This document shows, piece after piece, positions 38,360-52,389 of a stretch of 52,609 nucleotides of DNA. The position numbers were made by a program, and so were the translations under genes. This DNA comes from Girardia tigrina (Eukaryota): NCBI GenBank assembly GCA_001938485.1, contig MQRK01248256.1, positions 9,723 through 62,331 of the forward strand. Direction: 5' to 3'. How positions within the stretch are numbered: the first letter of the stretch is position 1; every line of letters starts with the position of its first letter. Under the pieces are notes generated by a model that did not search any database, was not told the DNA's origin, and saw nothing but the letters and a program-made list of their open reading frames with translations.

Positions 38360-38500
38360 GGGTCGTGTTTGAGGAGCTGGGCTTTCTCTTGACACCTTTA
38401 TAGATTTCCTGTCTAGAAAAGGGGATTGCACCACTCGCAGGATGGATACGCCCCATATATTCTCAGAGTTATCTCCTTGGCGAACACCGGTTTAAGTATT
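38360..38500 (-). mobile_element. Small LINE RT fragment
   Basis: TGVRQGD motif at about 38472-38492. Confidence 0.4.
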
Positions 38501-39337
38501 AATCAACGAAAAGATGACCGGTAAACAACAGTAATTACAAGATTCGGTAAGTGTCGATAAGTTTCATTTAGGTTGCCATCATTACAGTCTGAACACACAG
38601 CTGGAAGAGTCATCGTAGAACTAAAGTCCGGGTGATAACCAAATAAAGTCCAACGCATCGGGACAAATAACAAATCCAATAAAATCCGACGATAATTTAT
38701 TTATGAAAAGATAAATAAATCAAACGATCACAAAAAGATGTATTTGTACAGAATCAGCAACATTATCAGTGGTTTGCACTAGAGTGAGAAGAAGATTATC
38801 GACATTTTTCGGTTATTTTAACAATGGGTGTCCGATAGTCTAAAATGCTATACGAAATGAAAACCAAGTATAAATATATCAATCCCGGGAAATTCCGGGC
38901 TTTTAAAAAATAAAACCCCGAAATCCCGGGATTGTCAGACCTAATACCAAACCACACACAATAAGCATCATTCAAGTATATTCCTCTGAAAATGAAATTA
39001 AAAAATAATTTACTAAATAAACAACATAATTAATTAATTTAAATAAAAATAAAGATAAAAAATAAAATAAAAAGGAATTTAAAATCTTACCTAAACTGAG
39101 TTTCTTTCCTTTTAAATTTATTTTTTTTGTTATCGAGTCATGCGACTCAGGGATATTTTCGAGCGATTTGACCAATGTAACATAGAGCAAGTGTGTGTAT
39201 GCAATTTGTGCAAATCAGTGCGAGTTACTGTCTTTAATCCAGAAATTTGCCATATTTAATTATGATTTCTTTATAGACGGTGTTTAAATTGGTTTTGTAC
39301 ACTTTTTCCATTCTTTTTATTAATTTATTTTCTAAAT

Positions 39338-39377
<40 letters not shown>

Positions 39378-39383
<6 letters not shown>

Positions 39384-40010
39384 ATGGAATTTAGAAACCT
39401 GTTTTTAAAAGCATTTTACTTAATCAATTTTCTTCAAACTTTGCACACTTACTCATCTCGATGACAATAAATGATTACGTAAAAATTTGATCGAAAAAAA
39501 CTTTTAAAGATGCCAAAATGGAAAAAACGGAAAATTAGGAGTTCCCGAACAATATTAATTGCAAGATATCTACTTATAAATTATAAGTAGTTTATATTAA
39601 TTTTATATTGATATATAATTATAAATTATAAGTAGTTTATATTAATTTTATATTGAAATTTTACAATACACACAAACACCGATAAGTGTGTAAATCAAGT
39701 TTGTCCGCTGTTTTTATTTGAGTGTACTTACTTACATAATTGTGTGTGAGTATGTGTGTATCGAATATCAAATGAGACTTGATGTGAGTTTTATTTGATT
39801 ATGACGCATTATACAACCAATCAACGATTTGAAAACAATTATTGTAAATCTGTGATGGTGTTTTTTACACGGAAAAGATTTTATATTACCATTTTAAATA
39901 AAATAATATTTCTACAATATATAAATATTAAATTATTTTTTTAAATCATTTTTTTAATTAAAACTTCGTTGGCAAAGTAGAGTTCTGTCTGCAAGAAGAA
40001 TGGATATAAA
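39378..40010 (+). mobile_element. Non-autonomous dispersed repeat (Helitron-like); second, interrupted copy at about 42560-45075
   Basis: Shared blocks TATCCATGGAA..CTTTGCACACTTACTC..ATGACAATAAATGAT..AAAATTTGATC and TTGGC.AAGTAGAGTTCTGT.TGCA..AAGAATGGA. Confidence 0.6.
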
Positions 40011-40469
40011 AATTTAATTTTTTGATTTACTAGTTGGCACTTGACTTTCTTGGTTTATTTTGAAAGAATAACTTGATATTAATATTTATATTACAATTCA
40101 ATTGCTCGATCATTACATTGTAACGAATATCTCGATTAAAAGGGAGAAAATAATCATTTTTATTTTTGACTCCAACATCTTATCGAATTTAAATTGTATT
40201 TAAGAACCTTTTTACTCAACGGAATTAATTTTTTCATTTTCATTACATTTTAAATATTGTACAAATCAATTAAAGGAACCTTTTAAAAGAAAGAGACTGA
40301 TTGTAGCTTTGCTTAAAAGAGAGAGAAATTTTATATTGTGAAAAAATCTTTAGAAATATTTTTTGTTGAAAGAGTCATTTTATTTGAATTACATATTTCG
40401 GAGTAACGATTTATTTATTTTGATTTAAACTTTTAGTTAATTTTTAAAATTTAATCCTTTGAAATCATG

Positions 40470-42110
40470 AACTCAAACCCTCGAATTATAAAAAGACAAT
40501 GTAACCAGCACACCAGATTCGAGTTCCTTATTTTTTTCACAGAGCGCCTCTGCTACCACAGACCAATCTTCGGGGAAAATCTCTAATCTGGCGGAACAAA
40601 TGGTAAATGTGTTGGAAGAATAAAACTGCAAAGAAGCGGGGTGTAATTGTACGATATCCTTATTTTTCCAAAAGATAAAGAAGAACACCTCAGACGACTC
40701 ATAAACATTTTTGAGAAGATGAAATAATCGGGTTTACGTATAAACACAGAAAAATTTCCTTTTCTTGTAGCAAAAACGAAATTCTTCGAATATATTTTTG
40801 TAAAGATAGCATAGAGACTGATAAAACAAAATTTGAATAGATCTACAAATTTCAGAGTTTTTCGTGCATCAAACATTTGAGACGTTTTTTTGGGACTGAC
40901 TAATTACTAAAGTAAAGTTTTAAAGGATAATGAAAATATTTGCAGGATTATGCGAGAAGAATAAAGATAAGAAACTGATATGGATGAACGAATGTGACTT
41001 TGCATTTCAGAGAATAAAGCGAAAAAATCTAAAGCACCGACACTAGCATACCTAGATTCTGAAAAAGAATCCATATTGAATACGGATGTAAGTTTCGATA
41101 CAATCGAAGCAGTATTGTCACAGAAGAATACATACAGAAGGAAAAGCGACATACTACTTCAATCACTGTAGCGACACTTATAATTATTGAATAAAAAAGT
41201 AGAAAAAACATAATTATTAAATTAAATCAAAACATGATTTAATTTGATTAACAAAAAAATTAAATATTAATATTTTTAATGTATTAAAATCCAATATTCA
41301 TATTTATAAAAATAATTTAAAATACACAACTCAAAACACTAATTATAATTGTGATAAAAATAATTTTGTTAATCCGGATCACTTTTCTTGAGAAAATTTT
41401 AAATTTAAAAAAATAAAAACGTTTGTTCTTGTTAAGTTTCATAAAATTGAACTCCGGAATTATCCGTTGATCCAAAACACATTTCAATCAAGATCAAGAT
41501 TTCTGTTGAGAAGGGTTCATAAAGCCATCACATGATGACAACAAAAAATCAAATAACTTCACTGTTCTAAACTTGGATAAATTTACTTGGGGGGCTGGAT
41601 ATGACAATGGCATAGAGGAAAGGAGAAGAACACAGTAATGCAAACACAATGTCAAGAAATACATGTGCATAATGTGTGCAATGTCAGACCATACACGAGA
41701 AAGCTAAGAAAGGAAATAATTAAACAAGAATACTCGCATTAAATCAGATATCAGGAGGACTTATTTGGCAAATAGATGATAAAAAATATAACAGATTAAA
41801 AAACGGATAAGAAATAGGTTGAAAAAAAAGTTATTAAAAGATGAACTTTTGACGACAAGAGACAAAAAGTATTCGGTCACAAAAAGCCGGAAAATCGACT
41901 TTATAGAAGACACAAATAAAATACTGGGACTTACGGGAAGTAAGAAAGTCTTAAATTAAGTAAAATAAAGCATCCATAGGGATAACATAAGTTGTGAAAA
42001 TTGTCAAAAAATGTAAACTTTGGCAACAAAAACGAAAGAGAAGCCCATTAAACAATCCACCTACGAACCATTTCGGAAATTATACTTGGATATTTGCGGA
42101 CTGCAGTGAC
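40470..42110 (+). mobile_element. Decayed Ty3/gypsy pol remnant
   Basis: LKAPTLAYLDSEKESILNTDVS..AVLSQ (RNase H start, TDAS-like) near 41030-41125; integrase-like traces near 41900-42100. Confidence 0.7.
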
Positions 42111-42803
42111 CAAAAATTAAATATTAATATTTTATTTTTGTAAAATTTTAAATTATTAAAATCCAATTAATGTTTAAAAATGATTATTTTTATTTAAGTC
42201 AATAAAATATAAATTAAATAATGTTAATAAAATAATTTTCTTCAAGTTAGTTCAGTTTGTAAGGAGGAGTATTAAACATTGAGTTATGAATTTAAGTGCG
42301 AGCAATACTATTGGTTGTCATAGAGATGATCAAAATTGTCAATGTAATAAATGTTCTGTCAAATGTGTGAGTACTCTTAACAAGTATAAAAACTTTAATT
42401 AACTAAAATTATATATCAGTATTTATATTTCAAATAGGATATCTGGTTGTGCTAAATATGAAACATGGTTCCTCAGAAATTTGTTTAAAAAATCATTGTT
42501 TGTTAGAAATAAAATTTTGCGAGTCAATAAATCTTGGATTTAATCTCGAACCCAAAAATGTATCCATGGAAACTAGAAACTTATTTTTGAAGTCTTTTTA
42601 CTCTTTAAATTTTCCCCAATCTTTGCACACTTACTCGTTTTCCATGACAATAAATGATCATGTGAAAATTTGATCAAACAAGTAAATAAAAAATCTTTTT
42701 TGCAAAAAAATTTACGATTATCCACAAATGTTTCAACTGCATCAAATAGAAACGTTTCGTTTTTTTCCTTCCATGCTTTATAATAAATGTATTGTGTTAT
42801 TAG

Positions 42804-44960
42804 TAGGGCACGGAATTTAATGACCTTAAACATCAAAAAATGACTCTATTTTATTTCCTCTCTTTCCGGATGAGAAATTATTTTGTTCTTACCCTATACC
42901 AATAGAGTCGCTACCGTCACCAATCCACCGCAGTCAAACTACTGCGCCACACTCTGTTATCAATTGTAGTGAACCCACTACTTCAGGCACCATGGTGTCG
43001 CACGTTGAGTTTGCCGGTATTAAAATTGGTATGTTTGTGTATTTGTCATATTGTTGTTTGTTGCTGGTGAATTGATTATTGGCGCCGCTGTTCGGAGCCG
43101 GTGTGAGTGTGTGGCCGCTGCACATTTTTGATGCTAAGCGAATCACCTTATGTTTTTGGTTTCTGTATTTCCCAGTGATTGGGGTGATTAGTTGGTTTGA
43201 GGTGGATATTTTGCAGTTCACTTCGAAAGTTGCGAAAAACAGGGAGTTTGATTTTGTTGTGCAATTTATCTGTGATTGTTAATTCGACTACCCGAGCGAG
43301 GCGCCCCGACTGCTGCCAGTCGCCAAGTATCATGCCAATTCGAAGCAAAAGCCAAAATAATAATTCGATCAAGATTAATTTAAAATTGGTAATCGATAAC
43401 GATAATAATAATGAGGAATTATAAAATGCATTAAAAATTCGGAATTAACTGTTATTACTGATTATGATTTTGAGTATGTACTTTTTCTCGTGTGTATTTT
43501 TTAATTAAAAGTTATTATTGTTATTTATTTCTTTATTTATTAGTTAAAAGTGATTCTGACGGAAGAATCAGTATTCCATTAGAACCACTTTTACATCAAT
43601 GATTATTATTGTAAGTAGCGTTTATGCCACTTTCATTATTATCACATGCTGAAGTCATAATTTAACACCACAAAAATTTATTAATATCAACAATTCACAT
43701 ACTTAAACAAATTAATTCAATTATTTCGCCCAAAATTAATTTACAATTCTTTTCGATTCACGAAAAATCACGAAAATTAAACCTTAAAAATAATTTTACA
43801 TTTTTTGCAAAAAAATTTACAAAATTTAAAATATAAAATACTTTTACATTCTTACGAAACTTTATCATAAAAACTAATTAATTTAAATTGACAATAAATC
43901 CTTTTATTAAAAAAATTATTTCTAAAAATATTAATCCGTTAATTATTTATTTTAAACTTTATTTAAACTTATTCCACTTATAAAATATATTAATTGTTAT
44001 TAATGTAAACATATTTTAAACACGTACTCATTTTATCATATTTTTACTCTACATTTTAATTTTCTAATTTATTTCCTTTAAATTTTCAAAACTAAAAAAA
44101 TAATAAACTATTTTGGCGAAACTTAAAACTAACCCCTCATAATTATTATTATTAATATTGGTGACGGTAGCGACTCTATTGATATAGGGTAAGAACAAAA
44201 TAATATCTCATCCGGAATGAGAGGAAGTAAAATAGAGTCATTTTTACCACGTTTTTCTTAGCTTGGTTTCTTGTCTGTTTGTCTGTCTGGAACAAATCTT
44301 GCGATTGATTTTTCGACCACTTTCAGTCATCCAATTGAGCTGAATTTTTTTATACAGGCTTGCTTCCGATGACAATACAATATTTTAAAACATTTACTTT
44401 ACGGATGTACGGAAAAAAATTAATAAATTGAACAAAAATTGTGAAAATCAAGTGATAATTAAGTGTAGAAGTATTAAAATTAGGTTTAAAAATTATTTTG
44501 AAATAAAACTTGCTTTTATTAAAATAAAACTTTGTTATTTTGGTTTTATTATCATTNNNNNNNNNNNNNNNNNNNNNNNNNNNNNNNNNNNNNNNNNNNN
44601 NNNNNNNNNNNNNNNNNNNNNNNNNNNNNNNNNNNNNNNNNNNNNNNNNNNNNNNNNNNNNNNNNNNNNNNNNNNNNNNNNNNNNNNNNNNNNNNNNNNN
44701 NNNNNNNNNNNNNNNNNNNNNNNNNNNNNNNNNNNNNNNNNNNNNNNNNNNNNNNNNNNNNNNNNNNNNNNNNNNNNNNNNNNNNNNNNNNNNNNNNNNN
44801 NNNNNNNNNTTTGGTTAGGTATAAAATTTCGCACGTCTAGAAAAAAATTATTTTCCTCTTTTTAGTGCATTGGTAATGCTTGAAAAACGTGGTTGTTTTT
44901 ATAAAAAAAATTTTTTATTAATAATATTTTATTTTTAAGGTCATTAAATTCCGTGCCCTA
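42804..44960. mobile_element. Non-autonomous hAT-type element with about 115-bp TIRs and an 8-bp TSD
   Basis: Ends TAGGGCACGGAATTTAATGACCTTA (42804) and its reverse complement (to 44960); inner TIR 42836-42923 vs 44158-44245; flanks GTTATTAG / GTTTTTAG (7 of 8 match). Confidence 0.8.
44241..44900 (+). mobile_element. Helentron/HINE (DINE-1-like) element inserted in the right TIR of the hAT element
   Basis: Subterminal inverted repeats ACCACGTTTTTC / GAAAAACGTGGT, (GTCT)n microsatellite, small hairpin GCATTGGTAATGC, T-run ends. Confidence 0.6.
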
Positions 44961-45341
44961 GTTTTTAGTAACTATTTAATTGCAAAAATTTTTGGTATGA
45001 AATTTTCCGTTCTACAAAAGATAACATAAAAAATTCTGTTGGCCAAGTAGAGTTCTGTTTGCATAAAGAATGGAAATGAAACGAACTTTATTTTACAAGT
45101 TTAATAGTTTTATATCCCTATATCAAGTGTTTATTGGGATACAAACATCTCCCCCCCCAAATCCCTCTTAAATGTTGATGAGGCACTGCCAAAAGACAGA
45201 ATGTGTTCTCTCGCTCGCCTTGAATAATTTGAGCAACAAAAACAAACATTCTCGATAACACAAAATTATGACAATTACAATCAGAAATCGATCAACTAAA
45301 ATCTATTTATTATTACATTAACACATCACAAACGCGGTCTG

Positions 45342-48300
45342 TCAATTATTTTCCTTCTGATTCTGATCCTCCTCTCCCTTTTCTGATTCCAATCTATCAC
45401 TCGCCGACTAAAACCAATCAATAACATTCCATCACTCAGAGACTCTATCAATTCCTACTGTAACTCCTGCATCATCCGAATGCGACGGCGCCGTTTTCTG
45501 CCGCTCAACTTCTCGCTTCTCTCGCAATTTACGTTCCTGTTCTATTGCGTGGAAAAAGTCTTCCTCTGCTTTCACAACGAGATTTTCTTCCTGTTCCCCT
45601 TCACCTTCCTCTACTGCTACGCTTGCGGTTGGTCCAGTTTTCTCTCCTTCCTGTAGAAATCAGATTTTATTGCTAATTTTGTGAAGGATTCACAATTCTT
45701 GTGGATAACTAGCAGTAGTAATATGGGGCAGGAACGTAACAAATCGATGGTATTTATTCCAAAATTCAAACATTTAAACAGTTCGTTGCAAATGAATTTC
45801 AGGCAAGTTAACAATTTCTGTCTTTAGAAAGCTAAACTTTCTCACAAACATAAAATTAACGGAAATTAAATTACAAAGAGAATCAAAGTCAGAGTCAAAA
45901 ACATCTTCGAGCAAAGAGTTCTTAGACTCGAATCGTAAATTTGGATCTAGAAGAAAAAAAGAACGAGTAAGAAGAAATGATCGATATTTAAAACAGCATA
46001 TTAAGAAAGACAGAAAGATGAGTGATATAAGATTAAAACGGTATCGGAAAAAATTTTGACTGAAAAGTAAAGGTAGTTTGAAATAAAGAGATTATTAATT
46101 ATTATTGATTAATAAAGAGATGAATAAAAATTAAATAAATAAAATAATAAAGTAAATAAATTTGCGGTCCCGGTTTGATATCAATAGAACTAAAAAAATA
46201 AGTTTATAAAAGAAAATATGAGAAAGTTAACAAAGACAGACGAAGTTGTTTTACATATCCGCGGAAAGTGCAGATTTCCAAATTAACTTACCGTAATTTC
46301 CGCACTATAAGGCTAAAATAAAACCATTTTCCCCCAAAAAAACATTATAAGCTATAACATTATATATAAAAACATTATAAACATTATAAAACAAATAAAA
46401 ACATTATAAAAACGTATAAGCCGCAACTCTTAAATTATGACTCATTTCAGGTTTTTAAGTGCGGCTTATAGTCCGGAATTTACGGTAAATATATTGTTGG
46501 TGTTTCAATGGAGTTATTTCACAACCAGATGGTGCGCCCAACGAAACTAACTATGAGTATCAAGAATCTTGCTAGTAAATCTGGGGATGTACAAATAGTG
46601 AAATTTCCATACATAACAGAACAAATGAAATTACAGTAAAGCACTTTTCTGATGACAAACAATCTCTGAATTAAAGAAACAGAAAGACTCCTATTAAATA
46701 CCAGGAATGAAGGTCTAATAATATATCAATTTAATTGATTTTTTTGTGATATATTCCTTAAGTATTATACGTTACTGTAATATTATTTGTTTTTCAGTTT
46801 CATCTGCATGTGGTATAATTTTCGCGGACATTCAATTTTTCGTCGTAATCATGTATTCTACCATGGAATTTCGTTGAGTAAAAAAGTTTCTTGATTTGAA
46901 GAAGATGTCGGTGAAGGAAATTATTGACGAGTTTAGGAATGTATACAATGAAAGAAGCATATCCAAAACTAGTGTGTATTACAGAATTACATAATTTAAG
47001 TATGGTAGGCAGCGTGTTTTTGATAAGAAAAGTACGGAAGACCTTTAGAGATTCGTGAAAACATAAAAAAAAATTGAGAATATTTTCAAATTTGACAGAC
47101 GCATCACAACAAGAATGATCTACGACAGTGTAAATTTGACCAAAGGAAGTTGGGATTTTATTAAGCGCTTCAAGACGATTTTTTTCTACAAAATCAAAAA
47201 GTGGAATAGTAGGTTATTAAACGGAGGAACAATCTGTTGATATCATATGCTACCAGAGGTTGGTAGTTTTATGACAGCATGATTATAACGTGATCAAAAT
47301 GGTAAAAGACGAAATGGGCTGAATAAACCCCCTGGTAAGCGCATTTGAAAAGTTTAGTCATGTGTTACAATTTCTAGAGAAACAAAAGCCTCTATAGGCC
47401 TGAAACGGTTAATAAAGTCTATAGGTTTTAGGAAAATCTATTCCAGATTCGTTCCACGCTTTCTATTAAGTGAAATTTGCGAAAACAGACTCAGTTAGAG
47501 TCAGGAAAATTTCATGATATTGGAGCACATTGGAGATATATTTTTGCAAAACATCGTGACAGTTTACGAAACCCCACTCTTCCTCTTTTTACCTGACACT
47601 AAACACGAGTCTAAGATGTGAAAATTCCCGAATAAGAAGAACACAAAGAAGCTATGAGCATGAACGTGTTACCGAAAAGCTGAAATGCTAACGATTTTTT
47701 TTGATTTCCATGGCGTGGTTTCAAATGATTTTGCTGACAAGGATGTGAAAATTAACTCCTGTTACTATGTCGAGCAAGTCCAGAATGTTAGGAAGTTCAT
47801 ACGATAATCCCCTAAATATAATCTCTATCTTCTTCTGGAAAATGTCACAATACACACAAGTACACAAATGAAATCGAGAAGGTGGATTTCCATAACCTCC
47901 TACATCATCCATATCTACCGGTAGACATTTCGCCTCAAAAGCAGAATTAAAAGAGGTGGTGCAAGAATTCATGGAGAATCAACTCGTTATTTTCTACAAA
48001 AATACTCTCTTGAAGCTGGTATGTACAGAATAGTTGGTCCTAAATTGAACAATAAATACATATAAATACTCCCAATGTTGGTTTAAAGATTATTCATGTG
48101 TTATGTTCTTTTCTATTTCATTCATAATGGGTGCATGAGGTATTTCTAGATTATGAAAATTATTCCAAAAAATATTTTCAAGAACCATCTTGTTATGGGT
48201 ATTTATTACAATGAAAGATGTCAGTAAGTTAATGCTTATAAATAGAAAACAACGAAGATCATTATTCGATTTCAAAAAATGAAGGTAAAGATCCCTAATC

Positions 48301-49032
48301 TTGCATTTCAGCAACACAACACATGGCGTCATGAAGTAAAAGTTGTTATACATTTCTTTGCAAAAGTGGCATAAATATTTTCAAGAGACGGACTAAAACA
48401 TATAATTATAAATCCGGAATATTTAGAGTTTCGAATTGCGGTTGCAATATATTTCATTTTGTAATTGACGATCTGTACAACTAGAGATGTCACCGTGTAC
48501 TCATTTTCTGTAAAGCATGACTTTATAAAGGTTGAGTATGGAAAAGCTATCAAGTTTCTTCTCCTGGGAAAATTGAAATCCCTAAAATTCACAGATAGCT
48601 GCAAGAAGCCTCCATAAAAATGATTGCACATTGCATGTGATACCATCTAAAATTGGTATTAAAGACTGAAGTAATATACGAAAATCTGTTTCGGCTTGGA
48701 AAGAGAAGGAAGTCTAATGCAAACTTGAGAAAAATGAAAATGATGGGAGAAAATAATCACAAAGGAGAGAACAATTCATTTGAAAAAGATCACACTACGC
48801 CTCAACAATAGTGCGCTCATAGCATACTGAAAGATCTTGGAATTCACAAACTTTGTTTGCGATCTGAACCCAAACTTTTGACTAGAGCACTGTTTCAATT
48901 AACTTCAACTGTTGAAGCAATATTGGAAAAAGAATTCTAGAAAATAACATCACTGCAATGGAACACCACAATTTTTGATATTTTACTTGTTCCTAAATTC
49001 AAAAGCTTTTTATAGAAAACAATTTACAATGC

Positions 49033-49066
<34 letters not shown>

Positions 49067-50441
49067 ATTTTGAATTTGCTGAATTTCCTGCTGAATTTTC
49101 CTGAATTTGCTGCAGGAAAATGTGATGCCAAGTATTCGTGAGCAGTTTGAGGATGAAGAGGACTATTATTTTCAACAAGATGGAGCACCACCCAACTATT
49201 CTCATGATGTGAGAGCTAAGCTCAGTAAAAAATCTGCCAAACAGATGAATTGGATGAAGAAGTGCCATCAAATGGCCCCCGCGTTTTCCAGGCCTTACAC
49301 CAATGGATTGTTGTTGGTTAAGGATAAGGTTTGTCGGTCAAAATCAGCACCAGTCGATCAATTGAAGTTGGAAATTGATAGAGAATCCAAAGAAATTCCA
49401 ATTGAAATGATTCGCCTCGTTTGCAATTCTATTTGTTCGCGTTATTGAAAATCATCATTAAGAAATAATGAAAATATAAAGTGATATTTTATCGATATTT
49501 TGCGGCCGTTAATAAACCAGAGTAAATAAATTATCACAAATCAAATAGAAAATATCAATAGCAAATCAATATCAAGTACAATACCAACCCCTTCTTTCTT
49601 CATCTTCAGCTTCATTTCTCTGTGTCTGGCCTCGAGAATCTTCTCCCGACGTGTCTCTCTCTCAAAGATATTCGACACAAGATTCTTCTCATTCTTGCTG
49701 AGCGTCCAGAAGCCCTCGCTCAGCTCCAGTATCGTGGTGGTGCCCGAGTGACTGCCGCAGGCGAGCAATCGACCCTGTTCTTGAATCCTGAGGCTGTTAA
49801 GAGACTCATCGCACACTTGGATCCTTAGAGTCGGCTCTTTCTGCTTGAAAACAATGTCCCACACGTCCAGGGTACCGTCCATTTTAGTAGTGAAGAACAC
49901 GGCTGGTCGAACGGGGCTCCAAGTGCCGTCTGTCAGTGCTGACAGATGATATTTCGTCCACATGATGCTCGAGTCTCGAATATCTTCGCTCCAGATGCGA
50001 GCCGTCCAATCTCCAACAGTCAGGAAGTTCTTTGGGAAGAACGGATTGCGCTGGAGAGCGTACACTGGTCCCAAGTGTCCTGGATAAACAGCAGCAATCT
50101 TGTCTGCCGGAGTCTTGCCCTTGCGATTGCATGACATAATGGAACCTTGCTCTGTACCNCCGCCATGAACTTGGTGGGGATCGTCGATTCGTATTCCAAG
50201 GCATACGCTCCTTGAGCAAGCTCTAAGTTTTGTTTCTTGGTCGGGTCTAGTATAAGAGTTTCCGTCGGCTCCGCCATCTTACGCACATCCCACCAGAACA
50301 CTTGGCCATCCGTACTAGCCGAGAAACACTCAGTACCAGTTTTTGATTGAATCCAGATCACTTTCCAAGCCGGGTCACGATGACTATTTTCTACCGGTGA
50401 TACCTCCGTTGGCTGCGATCCCTTTCTCCTGTCCCACAGAG
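45342..50441 (-). CDS. DNAI2: Axonemal outer-arm dynein intermediate chain 2 (WD40), 3' exons only
   Basis: Exons 50441-49589, 45650-45459, 45407-45342; the two internal introns are GT-AG, phase 0. Diagnostic [68 protein letters not shown]. The frameshift at the single n (50159) is probably an assembly artefact; upstream exons were not found in the window. Confidence 0.93.
46291..46485. mobile_element. pogo/Tc1-type MITE
   Basis: TA|CCGTAATTTCCGCACTATAAG ... CTTATAGTCCGGAATTTACGG|TA. Confidence 0.75.
46740..48050 (+). mobile_element. Heavily decayed mariner in DNAI2 intron; a related fragment at about 48640-49000
   Basis: HTH-like [22 protein letters not shown], then SRFVPRFL and NIVTVYETP, with stops. 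Confidence 0.65.
49085..49450 (+). mobile_element. maT/rosa-like (DDxD) transposase C-terminal fragment
   Basis: [11 protein letters not shown], frameshifted WPPR.P.LTPMD, VKDKV. Confidence 0.7.
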
Positions 50442-50538
50442 CTGAATGAATAATTGAATTATTGAGTTTTAATATTATTCATAATAGAAATTATATAAGA
50501 CAAAATTATAAATGTATATCCTTTAAATCTTTGTTTTA

Positions 50539-51953
50539 TTAGGTGTATAACTCAGTTTTTTGGATTTTCTAAGAGATGGTGTAACCTTTGTAATAAGCAT
50601 TATTTTACAGTCGTGCGTACAGATTTTTAAAGTGCTGAAATCGAGGCATTAAAATTAAGTAGGTCATTGACCTTAAATGCGTCATAAATATATTTTTAAT
50701 CACGTTTTAGCATGACAACTTTCATACCAACAAAACAGCATTTGCGGGAAGCACTACTGTTTTGCTTTAATCAAAAGAAAAAGGCTGTCGACAGTTTTCG
50801 GCTTCTTGAAGAAACTTATGGTCAACATGCACCAACTCAACAGATTTGCGAGAACTGGTATAAACGTTTCAAAAGTGGAGATTTCGACGTAAGTGACAAA
50901 GAGCGTTCNNNNNNNNNNNNNNNNNNNNNNNNNNNNNNNNNNNNNNNNNNNNNNNNNNNNNNNNNNNNNNNNNNNNNNNNNNNNNNNNNNNNNNNNNNNN
51001 NNNNNNNNNNNNNNNNNNNNNNNNNNNNNNNNNNNNNNNNNNNNNNNNNNNNNNNNNNNNNNNNNNNNNNNNNNNNNNNNNNNNNNNNNNNNNNNNNNNN
51101 NNNNNNNNNNNNNNNNNNNNNNNNNNNNNNNNNNNNNNNNNNNNNNNNNNNNNNNNNNNNNNNNNNNNNNNNNNNNNNNNNNNNNNNNNNNNNNNNNNNN
51201 NNNNNNNNNNNNNNNNNNNNNNNNNNNNNNNNNNNNNNNNNNNNNNNNNNNNNNNNNNNNNNNNNNNNNNNNNNNNNNNNNNNNNNNNNNNNNNNNNNNN
51301 NNNNNNNNNNNNNNNNNNNNNNNNNNNNNNNNNNNNNNNNNNNNNNNNNNNNNNNNNNNNNNNNNNNNNNNNNNNNNNNNNNNNNNNNNNNNNNNNNNNN
51401 NNNNNNNNNNNNNNNNNNNNNNNNNNNNNNNNNNNNNNNNNNNNNNNNNNNNNNNNNNNNNNNNNNNNNNNNNNNNNNNNNNNNNNNNNNNNNNNNNNNN
51501 NNNNNNNNNNNNNNNNNNNNNNNNNNNNNNNNNNNNNNNNNNNNNNNNNNNNNNNNNNNNNNNNNNNNNNNNNNNNNNNNNNNNNNNNNNNNNNNNNNNN
51601 NNNNNNNNNNNNNNNNNNNNNNNNNNNNNNNNNNNNNNNNNNNNNNNNNNNNNNNNNNNNNNNNNNNNNNNNNNNNNNNNNNNNNNNNNNNNNNNNNNNN
51701 NNNNNNNNNNNNNNNNNNNNNNNNNNNNNNNNNNNNNNNNNNNNNNNNNNNNNNNNNNNNNNNNNNNNNNNNNNNNNNNNNNNNNNNNNNNNNNNNNNNN
51801 NNNNNNNNNNNNNNNNNNNNNNNNNNNNNNNNNNNNNNNNNAAAGTCATAATTAACGATGGAAAATATTTTGATTAGAATAAAACTTATTATGTCATATA
51901 AATAAACTTGTCTGTTCTGCAAAAAAATCCAAAAAACTAAGTTATACACCTAA
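50539..51953 (+). mobile_element. Mos1-like (mauritiana-type) mariner, probably young; interior is a gap
   Basis: About 30-bp TIRs TTAGGTGTATAACTCAGTTTTTTGGATTTT / AAAATCCAAAAAACTAAGTTATACACCTAA; TA duplication; ORF from 50712 MTTFIPTKQHLREALLFCF..WYKRFKSGDFDV; end ..NDGKYFD*. Confidence 0.93.
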
Positions 51954-52389
51954 TATATTCTATCATGTTTCTCTTGGAAATTTGATAACTGAGGAAATAT
52001 TTAGTCTACTTATTTTATGCCAAGAAATAATTAATTGAATTAAAAATAAATTAATTTAATATGAAAAGCAGTCTACTAATGATCGCAGCTGTCGTAAGCT
52101 TAGATCAAGTCCGATAATACTGGATGATTCAAATTTTAAAGATATCAGAGCGAGGATGTCTACACTAGCACTAAAAGATTTCTGCTATTTGTTTCAATGA
52201 AACCGAACTAAAAGTACGGTTATGGTTCACAAAATATCAGTGATTTTCAATATCGTTTCACAAAAAAATATCAGTCTTTTTCATAATTACAGAGATGAAT
52301 GAATGAAAAAACTTTAATTCTTAAGTGAATAAAAAGGACCGTGATAGACAAGAAAAAATGTCATATTGTAAACCAATCTCTTTTAAATA

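Noticed and set aside
50150-50165. Frameshift in DNAI2 suggesting a pseudogene or programmed frameshift
   Set aside because: It coincides with a single n plus one extra base, typical of a contig-join artefact; the protein is otherwise highly conserved.
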